DNA of 64,000 bases. It comes from Balanoglossus misakiensis (lineage: Eukaryota > Animalia > Hemichordata). The stretch is taken from contig CM082594.2 of the NCBI GenBank assembly GCA_040954595.2, forward strand, positions 7,571,573 to 7,635,572, read 5' to 3'. The position numbers were made by a program, and so were the translations under genes. A model generated the notes under the pieces. That model saw only the letters and a list, made by a program, of their open reading frames with translations. It did not search any database and had not been told where the DNA came from. Shown here piece after piece: positions 38,852 through 53,300 of the stretch; the first letter of the stretch is position 1, and each line of letters starts with the position of its first letter.

Positions 38852-39879
38852 TGCCCCGGGTGAACATTGGATGATCATCGTAAAAGGAAGCTAATATTTC
38901 GCCTTGGAAAATGTTGCTGAAAGGCAGCTTGTCGAAATATAAGCAATTATGTAGTTATAGGTCTAGAATGTCGGTTCTACACGAAATAGTAATTCTTCGG
39001 CAAGGGATACGGCTGCAGCCAACCGATCTTCACGAGTTGGCCTCCGGGGCTTTTCAGCGCACATTCAGATATCAGCCGCGAGTTGAAGTCAAAATGATTG
39101 CAAATCGGCGGTCAACGTAAAACACCTGGCTACGTGCTTCAAATAAGGTCTACACCGATGTTAAATTCGCTTATGCCAAGTTTAGATCATTATCAAAAAA
39201 CCCTGAGTCTTCACATAGTTACGGGTCACATTACAACTTGAAACTTCATACTTGATAGTATCCGGTTAGCCATGAACGCATGTGCCTGAATATAAATTTC
39301 AATTCGTCTTCGTCACTTCCTGTTAGCAAAATGAATTCTGGAAAAAAACACCTCGTGCTTAATTTGGACATCTCGAATGAAGCGCCAATCCCTTTTAATG
39401 ATTCTCGAATGAGTGAATTAATTTAATGGTCCCCAGCTATTAATTTATAGCATAGTGACATTCCCCAAAGGATATATATAATCCACCGTTCGACGGTCTT
39501 GATGAAAACCCTTCTTGGACAAAGACGCCTTGAGAAGACATTCAAAGGCTCAACCACATGCATCAATTCAAGGTTTTTACCTGTTGAAATTCTGCGGTTC
39601 ACTTAAAGCTATTTTCGTAAGCAATTACTCTAAATGCTACGCTGGGACCTTTTTCTCCGTGTTCCTACATTTGCAGGCATCAGTATCGAACACCAATTAC
39701 TAAACCTGCGCTGAGGCAATAGAAATTGCATTCTCCGCAGTATAAGAACGGGGGCTGGGTAAAATTTCTGTAAACGTCCACCCTTCTCAGTGCAAATATT
39801 TTTTAAATCTCATTTTGTCAATTTAAGCGACTTATTATGACATTCGTGACATTGTCAGTGTGCTACAATTCATGACCAA

Positions 39880-40004
39880 GTCTGTCTGTCTGTCCGTATG
39901 TCTGACTGACTGACTATTTTGTCTGCCTCCCTGCTTCATGCTGTTTCTGACTGTCTCTTCCGTTCTTTTTGTCTGTCTGTTTCCCTTTGCCCCCGTCTGT
40001 CTGT
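39880..40004. repeat. Degenerate (GTCT/GACT)n low-complexity tract; related tracts at 40553-40604 and 42433-42455
   Basis: Visible tetranucleotide units gtct, gact, gcct. Confidence 0.8.
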
Positions 40005-43000
40005 CACTTAGAAATGACAAACGTTGAAATATTTGCCACTATAAGCAATCTATAGTGACTTCAGTCTAGCAACTAACAGTACTCTGACACGGAGGCGTGC
40101 CCTGTGACAGGAATTTGCAGACATTTGCACTTTTGGCAGTAAAAGCTAGTCAGACGTAATCTGTTACTTCATTTGTGCAATCTACGAAGTTATTAATTTT
40201 TATTTGGTCTGAAAAGCACCACTTAATGGAAACCTGTACCTTGTAGGCGACATGAACAATAAAAATGCACTAGGCATTTAGTACCTTCATGTCGTTTTAA
40301 ATTATCGCGGTCGGGCCGATGTGTGTGCATTGAGTCGGTTTGAAAGTCGCCAATATATGATGATGTACGGCTTTGAGAAACAAGTTGGGCAATAAAACAG
40401 CCTTGTTATATACCTTAAATGGTTGAAAACATTACATTCACAGAAAGCGGTCATTTAAAGAACAGGGGAAATCCATGGTATGGTATCATGGCATAAATTT
40501 TCCATTTTAGCTGCAGTGTTCACGCGCAGATTGAAACTATTTTCGTAGCGATGTCTGTCTGTTTGTCTGTCTGTCTGCCTGCCTGCTTGGCTGACTGACT
40601 GACTCTCTGTGTGACTGTTGATGAACATTGCTTCTCTTGGTTCTTAAAATATGTATCGTAAATCTGCAGCTTGTAGAAATGCCTTAAATTATTTAACATT
40701 ACTTTGACCATTAAAAGCATTTAAAGCAAAATCCAGTTTTCAGTAGCGTTTTATGGTCTGTATATGATCCGGTAATTTATCGCCAGTCACTTACACAATC
40801 CTCTGGACTGGGTTGAAAATTACAGCAAAGTAGAATCCACTATCAGAATCGGACAAAAAACAAAGACAGCCATAACCATAACAAATCTCCATGTTTTATC
40901 AGTGCCTTCTGTACATGTACATATAAACTACAGTATTGCCTTTGGATAGTCACAGGAGTCGTGTGTGCGGTTTCGATTTCCCCCGCAGGTCAGAAACACA
41001 GTGGAAAAAACTATTCTACTGCTCGTCCAATAAACTAGTGCCAATTAATTGAAAAAGCCCACCGTCTACAATGCGTGTTATTTCGTGTTTGGAAACATTT
41101 TCACTGCGTAAATATTGATTGCCGGGTCTGTATTTACGTATTTCTTTCAAATTTACTAAGCTAAAATATCAAAGTTAAATGGACAAGTTCGTAAAGTGTT
41201 ATACCTCCTACGGGAAGGTTTCTAAAATTATCCTTTATAGTTCCGATGACTCGAGTGTCACCGAAATAATGAGCGCTCCCCGACAGCCATAAACCGAACA
41301 TCATGGAAAGTTGTTTACGACTCTGGGTCTCTTCCCATATAAGTATAATCAATTCTTTGCCCTTGACCGCTTGACTGCTGTTGCCCATGTTAGCCAATAA
41401 TTATTGTACCACACTGAAGGGAACACAGACCATATCAAGATACTCAACGCGCAACAAGTCATCATGTCCTTCATATATAAAAAATCAATTTGCGCGATTT
41501 TTTGTAGTTTCATTAATATTGCAGTCATTCGCCAACTGTCGCGCCCTTTTCTTTAACCATCTGGCAGCGACCAACTTCTTCATTCGTCGCTGCTTGCAAC
41601 TTCGAATCATTCCTGATCGGGCCTTGATTTACTCTCATGTCGTCAAAATATGAATACCATGATTTACGATACTTGTAAAACTTTTGGCGGTGTGGCACAC
41701 ACCGAGTTTGTTTACAACTCTCGTGCGTCAGTGTTTAGCTCCATCTATCATTTTCATCTCTCATTAGTGTGCCGTGTATTTTTCGGAGTGCTTCTTTCAG
41801 AATATCGACATCAGGATTTTGATGCGAGACAGGCCGTTGTCAAGACGACTGTTTCTTACTTTAAGAGTTATATACATGTATGCACATCTTTCTTCAAGAT
41901 AAGAGCCGTCACGTGGTGTAGAGGAAGTATTGAAAAAAGACAGAGAGATGCCTAAATGTCAAATCAAAATCATCGATGAAACCAAATATGCCCAATTATC
42001 ATCCGTAGTAACTTGTGACGCACTGTTTACAATTGTATGCAATTGCCATGGAAACAGATGAGCGGAGGAGAGCGAATTATGGTACTTTTGATGTGAAGAA
42101 GCATTTTGCCTTTTGTAAAATGCATTTCCTTGCTGAGAAAGAGAGACGCCGTGTGTTGCATCACGACACCACTGATAACCATTTTTCAACAAAAAACGTT
42201 CATTTCGCTTCGTCTTTACAGACTATTCAGAATATCCGTGACCCTCCTTAGTGTACCTTCACACTTTGTGTAAAGGGTACAACCTTGCCATGCCAATTCA
42301 CAGCGTGTTTATCTTCCAACTATATACGAACACCCGTGATGTCAAATTAGATAGTACACAAAAGGCGCTATGTACTAGTATTTTACTTGTGTATTTATGT
42401 ATGTCTTTCGACTCGAGGGATCACGATTGGCACAGACAGACAGACAGACAGACAGGCATCACACGTATTAGTTTACTCCAGCATGGAAAACTCTCACGTG
42501 TATACTATGTGCTCACTCACAATGTACTATAGCTCAAGAAACACACATCATTGCACTGCACCATTGCAGTTTCGAGTTCATCTCCATTTAAACGTGTTTT
42601 GTATACACATGTAGTTGGGCGTACGTGCAGAAAGTTGTAATCAATGAAAAGTAATGTGACCTTAAACTTTTGGACAGGCTCGCCTGAACATGCGTACCTA
42701 CACCATCTAATGGTCATGGCATGACACTGACTAATAGTCTGAGCAAGTAACTGTGTCCGAATTTCTTCTTCTTCAATTGGCGTAGCACCGTTGCCGTTGT
42801 TTTCTTCTAGATAATTATAATTATGTCGTACGTAGAAGCGACCGAAATTGCCTATTTACTAGTATTTTGTCGGTTTACAGTTAATTTCAAACTAGCGAAA
42901 TCCATCAGTTGTGTGTGCGTCAGTGGAGCGGTTATTTTGTGAAACAGCGCGCATATATCACTCGGATAGAGTCGAATTTCAAACTATTTTGAAATTATCC

Positions 43001-46000
43001 CTCCTTACATTTAACAGTCACGTTGGTCGTTACAAACTAACCTTTTGGTTGCCTCCAACGATGAAACTCTTTCCATTTAATAATGAGTAAACATCACTGA
43101 CGTTTGGCGGGTTGTTTGGACTTTTCCCGCGAACTTGTCAGTTCACCTGACCGAAAGAAGTAGTGTTACTTGATATTTTTCGAATTAAATGGGATTTTGA
43201 TGTGTTTTCTCGACCGAGTACACGCCATTCATTCCATTATTCATGAGTGAAACGAAAGCTTCTTTTTGTGAGGAACAAAGCACAGTTTCTGTTTATTTCC
43301 ATCTGACTAATCCTCATCATTTGCATGCGATCCCCCATGGAAAATATTTCAGATGAACAAACATCCGTCACACTGGGCTATTGTCGGCCAGGATGCTTCA
43401 ATTCTGAACACGTATGAGCTATAGGGGATGATTGAATCTTGTTCAAATCTAAAATGTTCCTATCTGCTTTACTAATTTCGGTTATATCTTCACTTTTTGC
43501 TCACCTACAACTTTCCACAACAAACGTGATGCAATTTTAAAGATAGCGGGAAACTGTCACGAGTGGCTGCTCCAATTGCAAGGTGGTGTTGTAAATCTCC
43601 GTCAGATTCATCGATCTAACATAGCCGGATTTTCCTACTTTCTTGCAATTTTATACACGCGGAAGCAAGCAATTATCAACTCAGGTGGCCAATTTGTATG
43701 AAAAAATGAATGCGAATCTGCTTTCACATTCACTGAGTAAAAAATAAGTTTTTGTCCACATGTCAACATATTCCAATTACCCCTCCCCCTCGCAATAGCT
43801 CCTGGCGTGTTTGTGTCATTTTCACTTTACGACAAGCGGTGTTGCACTGCTACACGCAGGTTTACAGTGCAAAATTCAATTTTACAAAATTTAACATGGC
43901 ATGCAGTTTCACGCTGATTTGGATGATTAAACCCAGTACTACAATGCAGAATAAGTTTTAGCAATTCCGTTTCTCCCTACGCCACGCTATTTTTATGACG
44001 ACATATTTCAATGTTCATATTCTTTGTTGGAAAATTCATAACATTCATAGCGTTTGGTGTTGCCAAAAATATCAATACGCAAACCAGCCATATTCTTGAC
44101 ATGGTTACGTGCATTTCCTCAGTGGGAAAAGTGAATACAGGATGAGTCTGGTCGCCAAACCGACGCGCCTTCCAAGCTTACAGTGGCACAAATTACGCTC
44201 TTTTTTCGATCTGTAATGACAGAATAGGTTATTATGGTGCAAAATAATCGTGTAGTTTGAGATGCAGCGATGCGTCAACGGTTCAATAACGAGAAACGCC
44301 GCTCCCCCCTATGGCAAACGTCGCTGTGGTTATAACAACGAACACATCTTCATCCAACCCATCAGGCTTATTACCCTTTGCCACACAGTGACCCTTTGAC
44401 CCCATCTAGGTTTATTGTATCTTTCTCGTGGCGGGTTTCTTATTTCCACTCCATTAGATTCAGTGATTGGCAGTTGGGAATATATAAACATTATGCAACG
44501 CTTACGTGAGAAGGCACGTCTCGGGTGAATGGCTTTTCGTTCAGTGCCTGCTACATACACTTTGTATGCACAAAAATCAGCCTCGACAGCGAACGGTTCG
44601 CTTGCGTGTGACTGGCATGCAAATGATTTTATCGGTATTTTCTTACGGTCTACAACACTCTTCGCAGTGGCAGCTATCGCATATTGAGGCTGATATTCTC
44701 AACACGAGATGACTAATTCAAACTTGTTTGTTTACTGTTGGGTGAATTATACAGGACTGGTCATGAACTTTTAACGGCGCTCCTGCAATGTAAAGCAAAG
44801 TTCCGTTGAAAGATTCCGGAAATAAATCATTGACCATACGCTACAGACGTTCTTTCTATTTTTGAGCGGCCGTAAAGCAAATTTTAGGCTCGTGTAATAG
44901 GAGAGAGTAATTGCTAAATGGACAAATCGTGTGTTTCAATTTGACTTGTGAGGTGATGGATGGTGAAGTTCACATATATTGCGCCGAAGTCACCTGCGGG
45001 TTTCCCAGCGAGTTGTTTTGTGTGTGTATTGCCCAAATAAATTGAACGTGATAGTTTCAGGTAGATTCGTGTATTTCAGATGGTGTTGTATTACTCTCGA
45101 CATATGAGTGCAATCAGGCTGTATACACGATTGAAAAAAACACACACCCGAAGTGTGTCTTAGACTAGTGTGTGCGTCTCTGGTTGATTTCTGGCGCAGT
45201 GCTTGGCCCAGGTAAGAAAACAAACCTGTTTTCGTGAGTGTAAACTGTTCTTGCTCGGTTTCTGAATTGGATGATATACATGTACATGTAAACACAGGTC
45301 CATTTGCCGTAGCTAATCATTCAGGCATGAGGCCAGTCAATATTGCCACCGTAACTAACACTCATGCGTCAGTGATGATGGCAAACATGTCCTTGATCGC
45401 CAGTGGGTATAGAGTTGTTAAATCTAGTCACATTTAATGCATGCTATTCTTGACCGGATCGGCCGCGTGAGCAGTCACAAGCCTTGACACTAAGCAGATT
45501 ACCAGAATCCTTTGGAAATCGCAGATTTCCAGACGATGACCAAGAATAACTAAAGGTTCCCAGGTATCAGAGTTCCCTCGCGAGATTAGGTGTTTCTTGT
45601 ATACACAAGCACCAACTGATCTTTAGCTTCCAATTAGCCAGGTGAACGTCCATGAAATGTCTTCTTTTGAAATGTCGTGTCAGGGTGAGGCTTCCTGGCT
45701 GGTTCTGTCATTTGATAAGGCCGAGTTTTCAAAACTGTAATTACATGTAGCTTATTTGTTGACACATTTCTCTGTCAACCGAGATGGCAATATTAATTGG
45801 CCCTTTCCTCTGTGTGTGCGTCGATGTCTGTGTGTAGACAGTTCAGAAACCATAGAAAGATAACATTGAAACCGCACTTTAAAAGATTCTGTAGGCATTA
45901 AACTAATTAGGCGTAGTGACTTAATCAGATAACGCGCGCGCTTTCCCTCGAATTTTCAAGGATAAAGCGATTGTAAGGACTTTCTTCGTTGATGTATTCA

Positions 46001-46549
46001 TCCAGAACACGTTGAGGCAACCACCTGTCACCACTGCACTGCCCTCTATCGGTGTAAACATTTAGTGTTGCGCTCAGAAATGGCCGGTGGTGGCAGTATG
46101 CAAGTTGTCTGAGCGTTTGACTTTTTTTCTTACAACATCCCATAAAGCAGTATGCATTATAAAGTACTGTCTATATGACTTAGCCGACAAGCATGTGTAT
46201 ATATGGTGTATAGCGCCAACCACAGGCGTGGCAAATCAGTGGTTGTTTATTCTCTTAATGAGGGTTGCCTGGTGACCGCCGAGCAGCTTAATCCGTTAAA
46301 AGCAAATTGACCAACTTATAGGTTAGAGCACTTTCGACGACAGCGTATCGTTAAACGCCCATCAATCCAGTCACCAATGCCCAGTCAAATACAGGTATCT
46401 CGTGCGTAGGAGCAGTGATAGCGTCTGTGGAACAGATACGTCTATTCAGGGAAAGATTGGGAATAGGAAGGGAGAAGCACGCGGACGCGATCTCTCCAAG
46501 ATAACGCTAAAATAATCAGGATTTAGTGCCTTTTTTACTGCAAATCGCC

Positions 46550-46602
46550 ATGTTTGCCGCCGGAACGGGTCCGAGTCAGGGGGCCCTGATCAAGAGTTTG
46601 AG
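46550..46602 (+). CDS. Candidate alternative first coding exon B (MFAAGTGPSQGALIKSL+2 nt)
   Basis: gccATG context, open frame to GAG|gtgaga, phase 2, in a GC-enriched segment. Confidence 0.45.
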
Positions 46603-49600
46603 GTGAGAACTGTTATTAAGTGAAACGTCATTTGTTTTTCATTTAACACAATTGGAACTATTTGAGACCAGTGGGACAAGATATCAAACTTCTACTGTAC
46701 AGGTCTTCTTTCGTGTGTTTTCTTCGCTGTTTTGCTCACTTCCAATTTTTCAGTCTGAGTTTACATAAAAGCCTATTTGTTCCAAAGCAAGCAAATAATG
46801 ATTGGGGTATCTTATCCCACAAGATTGGCAAAACAAAATGCATTTTTCTTATTTCGCTGTTTTCTTCATGAGTCTGTGCTTTTATGAGTATATGCAATGA
46901 ACAATGTGGGCTCGAATGTGCGTTCAATCGACCAAATTATGTTCAAAAATGCTTCGCTAACAAGTAAAGCTAGATACAGTAACTGTAAGAAATATTGTTA
47001 AAACGTTGTGAACAGGCCCCTCCTTTAGTTTTAACACCCGGATGATCATCCCGTCTGGGAATTCTGGTAACACACCAAGGCACTCCACAAGAACATCAAA
47101 TACATTTCCTTGACTGGAGGACCCTCTATTGTCATCAATGCTTGATCGCTTCCGTCTGTTCAGATTATCACATCCGCCAAAATTAAAGCGGCCATAATTC
47201 ATATGGGACTCGCTGTGTGCCAATACAGAGTACAGGAAACGGGAAATGCAACGGAAAACATTTCTTTTTTAAGTGGAATTTTCAAGACTCGTCCACAGAG
47301 AACACCAATCCATTTCAAATTCTTAATTCCTCCAATTCGCATCCGCCACACCCGTTAAATTTTAGTTATACTAAAAGCAGGGTTAGAGATTTCGTTCAGG
47401 CGAATGGGAATGCCTTGTTCGACATCTTTCCTCAAAGTTTATGGATCGTTTAATATGGCGTAATTGCTAATAATGAGTTTTGAAAACCTCCGTTCAAGAT
47501 AAATTATATGTTTTCAAGTTCCCTAGCATGACAGATGGGTCATACAGTACTTCAGGTATTTTTTCAACTACTGTACCTTCCGATTTTGTGACGAGAGGTC
47601 TGATTTTACAGACTTCTGTCAACGAGTGAGAAACTATAATTTTCTTTTCTATGGCCATGGCATTGATTGAAGCGAACAGGTTAATCTGAAGCACATACAC
47701 GATCGTCCCTGATGGACATTTCCTTTTATTAGTTGTTACGCCTGTAATAGCATAATCTTTAGAATATATTTGACATTAGCGACAGTGCGTTTATTTTTCA
47801 CCAAAACCTTCCTCGCTTGACGACAGGACAATAGTCACGCGGCGGTCACGTGAAAGTGACGGCAAAAACTTCAATTTCGACTATTTCAAGTGGAAAAAAA
47901 CAAAGAAAATATTTCTTTAACGTTGCTATAGAAACATTACAAACAGCTCCCGCGAACAAATGAAATTCTGAAATTCTCCATTCCGAATCGTCACTAGACG
48001 AAGCTCCTTATTAAAATAAGTGGGAATTTTTCGCATTGTCCAAAATGCTGCGTATTCGTGTTTTGGGAGGTTATAAACCCTTTTGTAAACTTTCCTTGTG
48101 TACAAAATCCATAGTGTACGCAACCGTACAGGGTAATGCTATTAAAGGGGTCCGCATGCATTGTCAAAATCGATATCTGTCTTCGTGTGCCGTCGTCCAT
48201 TCTTATTCACGGGGCCAAGGAATGTCAAACAAGAAAAGCGAGAGAGTCAATGTTTTTTTGAGGAAGCGATCGCTTGGAATCGCCGAACAAACTTGTTTAA
48301 GGCAAATTACTGTTCATTTGCTATCGTTGCTAGCTGACACAGATTCAATGCAGTCTTAGTTTTAAGACATTTTGCGATTGCAAATCCAGGCCAGCGCCAT
48401 CTAACGGCCAATTCCCAAGTCTTTTGTTTGACTCAACTATAAAGAGCGACAACAATGCTATGTCCACCAAATAAAATTGTACGAGCAATGAAAGCTAGTC
48501 ACTGACCGATTCGTGATGACATCATCAAATAAACCCCATAGTCACGTATACGGTATATGAGATGTATGTCGCTCTAATATGTCTGGGTTCTAAATGGTAC
48601 CCAGAAGGCTCAGTATGTTGTCATTAGAGAGTACAATAAGACCATTTATGTCGTCGTAAAGGTATCGTAAAGTTAGCCAAAGTTAAGCTATAAGCTGGCC
48701 TGCAGCTCCTGTTAGGCTCTAACGCTTACAGCAATACTAAAGTATACTCCATGTCTTGTGAATGACTTCAGTTGTTGTACAAGAACATTCTAGGGGATTA
48801 GACGTGTGGCCTTGGTATCTGGAGCGCTCAGCAATATTCGTCGGTTGAATTGCCCGGAGTATCGCAAATGTCCAATGGCATTCTATCACGTTTGGGTTAC
48901 CGGTGCTCGAATTTTTCAGGAGCCTACCTCATGTAAAATGTTCACACTACATCATTTTAAACCATAGACCCTGTTCGCTCCATGGTCTGTGGCATAACGT
49001 AGTTGGTAGAATAACACAACAGATGAAGTTATTGTACGCCCTACGCACCCAAAATCCCAAGGGGAACACGATTTTCATTTGCTTCCAATTATATGCAGGG
49101 TACAGTTTAGCAATTTACGCGCAGTTTCTACGTTAATATAGGCGGATGTAAAACTAGTTCGTGTTGTAGATATTACTTTTAACTGCCATTTTAGCTGAAA
49201 TATATGTCTCTTTTCGTCGTTAAACATCAACGGCGCCTTTCAGAGCTTTTATAGTTGACCAGATATAGAGCACGGGCATTTGGGGAAACCCATATTACCT
49301 AACATGCGTCTAACGCCCGCCAAATACTTTTATTCAGACGTTCCCACGAGGAAGACAGTAGAGTCGAAATCACAAGGGTCTGTCGTTCGCACAATGTTCT
49401 GACACAACACTGCGAGAAGGGCGTATCTGCGGTGGTGTTTATTTTCGGTTAATAGTAACGCGTGCCCTGTCTGGTGTCAATTGGTCTTGACATCAAGAAG
49501 ACTTTGAAATTTGTCTCACGTTTCGGTAGCACCAGTTCAGTTCGCGGAGAGTGCAGGTGAATTGTCGGTTCACGGTGTCATGTTTACCGGGAGTTGTTGA

Positions 49601-50021
49601 ACCGCGTCTCCCGGACAACGGCAAAGTTCTCGTGTACCCCGTCGCTTTATGAAAAATCACGCCGCACCAGCAGAACCATCGCGGAATCAAAGGAGACTAT
49701 TTATACCTTCGCATGCACATCGATGTGTAGTTAAATATCGGTGACCCGCCGCCCCAGTCGAACGGCATATTGACATCGACCAGAGTGCGTTTTTCTCTGG
49801 AGAAAGGGCCACTCTCAATTAACCAGTCAAGTGCGCCGCGTGTAAGCACGCGGCCAACAACGCCATCCACGTCGCAATCGCAACAGGTAGTCCAAGCCTC
49901 CGGGAGAATATTGGATCCAGTGTATCGTTGGACGACAGTCTGGGTGTGCGCTTGTTTTATTTTGCCGGGCCTGTTCTCCAAATTCTTCCGGATGAAAGCT
50001 TGAAATCCCCCGTTTCCAAGT

Positions 50022-50056
50022 TATATAACTCGTTCTGAAATTGACGGTATCAGTTT
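50022..50056 (+). promoter_or_regulatory. TATA box (TATATAA) plus initiator (TCAGTT) at canonical -30 spacing
   Basis: TATATAA starts at 50022; the Inr adenine is at 50052. Confidence 0.55.
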
Positions 50057-50309
50057 CAATTGACTTGTCTTCGCGCACCGGATAATCCCCGCCGCAGATG
50101 CCGTATCTCATACAGTTCTTTTGAGGACACGCAAACCGTCCATCGATCTCTGCGGCTTTGCATTCAGTCGGCTTACGTCAAACGCATTAATAGTGTAGAA
50201 CGCACGACTTTTTGTTTCCGGGCGTTGCTTTTCACGCGTTGGGAAAACAAATACACGGGCACCGGAGAGAAAAATTGCCCTAATCGGAAGAAAACGACAA
50301 ACAAGTGTG

Positions 50310-50356
50310 ATGTCGAATTCAGACCGGTCGCCGGCAGCTAAGCAGCGATTTAGAAG
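50310..50356 (+). CDS. Candidate alternative first coding exon C (MSNSDRSPAAKQRFR+2 nt)
   Basis: Open frame to AAG|gtgaga, phase 2. Upstream TATA/Inr pair and a CpG-rich region at 49.4-50.3 kb. Confidence 0.5.
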
Positions 50357-53300
50357 GTGAGAGAGAGTTATTGTAATCTGCTTGGTATGTTGCAGGTAAC
50401 CTCTTTACGTCTTTATAAAAAGTTAAACAAACGAAGCCGCTCTTTGACAGTTCTGTACTTGTCTTGGTCCGAAATTGGCACAATCGTCATGTTTACTGTT
50501 TGCTGTTATTGGTAATTTTTGGCTGCTTAAACTGGGCGGGCTGAGTTCCCAAGATTTGTGTATGAACACATTAATAATCTGGCACTCCGTGTTCATTTCA
50601 AATTCGCAAGACTTAACAACATTAATGTTCATTCCACCTGTGTCCATTTCTCTCCGCGCCTGTGCTTTTACACTCGTAACTGCGCGTTTGACAAGAACGC
50701 TTATCCATACAATTAGCCCGTAATGGGATAAATGGATGTCTTACAGTCCAACTCATTTCAAATCAGAAATATATTACGACTGCCAGTCAGACTTGTTATT
50801 GCTCGTAGCGGCATCATGTTCAACAAAGCGTGTTTATTTTCATTAGTGTATAACTCCATAATTCTGGTAACCAGTTGTGAGTTCGGTCTCTTTTGGCGGA
50901 GGTCAGTGAATTTCAAGCTTGGTGGATTTTTTACAATCGATTATCGTAAACCACGTCATGTCATATTTATATTATATAAGGCTGAGTGTTATTATGTTAT
51001 GCTTAGTGGCGTGTGGTTGTTGGACCGGTGTTGCTTCGAGTTGTCTAACACGCCATGTCCACAGAAATACACTTCTGCACCCTTTAGCAAACAAGCTTAT
51101 TGTTAGTTCTCAATAGCATGTGAAACAACATTTAGGCCCTTTTTGACACTCAAGCGACCGGAGAATTTGACGGGCGTCGCTGCCAGCGCTTCGCCAAGTC
51201 GCTAGACCCATTTTATTCCATATTTGGCGAGCGAGAGCGATGGAGACGGACATTGCAGTGTGTGTCGATTTTTAGAGCAAAGTGGCTCTTAATGGAACAC
51301 ACTCAAAGCAACAATAAAATCGGAATAAATACGCTTTGAAAATTGAAACACTTTCCATGTCGGCGTCTCTCTCACCCTTGACACGCTCAGCTGCCATTTT
51401 CAAAGCCATTTCTATTAAAGCCGGGATTGTTGTTGTTAAATTGTACTTTTGTCCGTTTCGCGGCAACTAAGTGATCAGGAAAAGAACAGTGCAATAGCAA
51501 CAGGTTGTACACTTTGTTATCGTTATTCGCGTCACGTATGTGTCTGTTAGGGGCGACGTCAAACGAAGGGGATACAGGCAATTTGGAAATGAACTAGTCC
51601 GTCTTATTTGGGTCTGCACTTGAAATCCAGGATATTAGAGACGTGGCATTTAATTTTCAAGGACAGTCTCTGACTACAAAGAGACTGAGTCAACATCATG
51701 GCCATTGAAGAAGATCGAACCTGTATATTTAGTTAACTTGTTTCATGTCGCCGCTGAACTTTTTTTCCATGCCACGATTCAGCTGAATATTTGAGACTGG
51801 CCTGCTTGATAAATCATGATCCAACGTGGAATAATTACCAGCAATTAATCAATAAGACTGATTAACTCTCAGTTAAAATTTAAAATTAAATTCCTGTCCT
51901 ACTATTTTCAGTGTAACGATTACAGATACTTGGGCGCTTTGTTCCAGTAATGGTCTGGCCACCATTCCCAATATAAGAAGGACCAAAATACCAAAATCCT
52001 ATTAAAAATCATTATTATCACGGACTGGATTGTATAATATAATTGTTGGCACAACATTATGGGATGTCCAGATTAATACAGAGCTCGCCATCATAATCAA
52101 ACTGCTTAGAAATTGCCTGTAAAATCACACCAACTACAGAGTTAAACCGACGACCCCAATAACAATAGTCTTACTTATTGAGGCGATGACCTACGGACAG
52201 AACGTATAAGTATTTACTGCAAATACAAGTCCTATTCTATACTAGGGGATACCCCGCTCTGTACATACACGTAAACTGGTCATTGTTCATATGTAAAAAT
52301 CCAAGTGACCCTGATATTTACACGATTTCTTCGACGAAATCTCAAATAGGATTCCTATGGCCGAAATTTAAGCTTTGGACAAACGTTTAAAAATGGATGT
52401 CCAAATATTTGCAGATTTCATTGTAATCGGGTACGGACAATAAAGACTCGGGCGTTGTTTGTGTAGGGCAGAGAGTTGTTGGGTTATCAATTGGGAGTTC
52501 ATTATTTAGTGACGAACGCATGTGTCGTGGTAAACTTTGGAAGATGTCGTCTGCAATTTACTTTGTAAACTTCTTACTTATGTGATAGGGTCACTGAACT
52601 TAGCATAGAGTATCTTTGCATAAACGTGTCTAATACAACCTCCGAAGACTCAGTACATGTTCGCAATACCTATAAGAGAGATGAATGTCATAATCACTAA
52701 TCTGTGTCATTTATAACAGCTTTAATGCATCATATATAATATAATTGGAATAACATGCAGTTTATGTAAACTCATCAACTCCTCACGACGTATTTGTCAT
52801 GAGAGAAGTCAGTCTTATTACTTTTCGTTGGCTTTACTTTGACTCCTCAGAAATGTAGGGCCGTACACATGTCTGGGTGTCGTTACACTTTGTATAGCAT
52901 CAGTTATCGCCGCACATATCATATCGTACATCATTATCATTATTATTTTATATTTTAATATCCTACTGCTGTAAGATAAATGTCAGGGTATCGAATGTGT
53001 TGATGACATATTTATATATATGATATGCCATTTCCTGCCATTGGTGTATTTGCATTGACGATGTTCATCTCGCGCGTTCCCTGGGAATGGCGCAATTAAA
53101 TCAGTTTGAAATCGGGGTGCAACCACAAAAAAGGCAGCTTTGCTATCTGTCAGTTGTTAACATAGTCCCATCGGCGTAACATCCACACCGGAAGTTCCCT
53201 CAACTGTCGCCTGCAAGCGGTATGGTTGTCTTTTGGATTTCTGTAGTCAAGCAAAGCAGACGATATATAACGTCATCCGCTATGTCGATTCAAATTAAGG

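Noticed and set aside
30328-45684. Other ATG-to-donor frames in phase 0 or 1 (about 30328, 34016, 38225, 45652)
   Set aside because: Weaker donor or start context; left out of the first-exon array but recorded as counter-examples to the phase-2 pattern.
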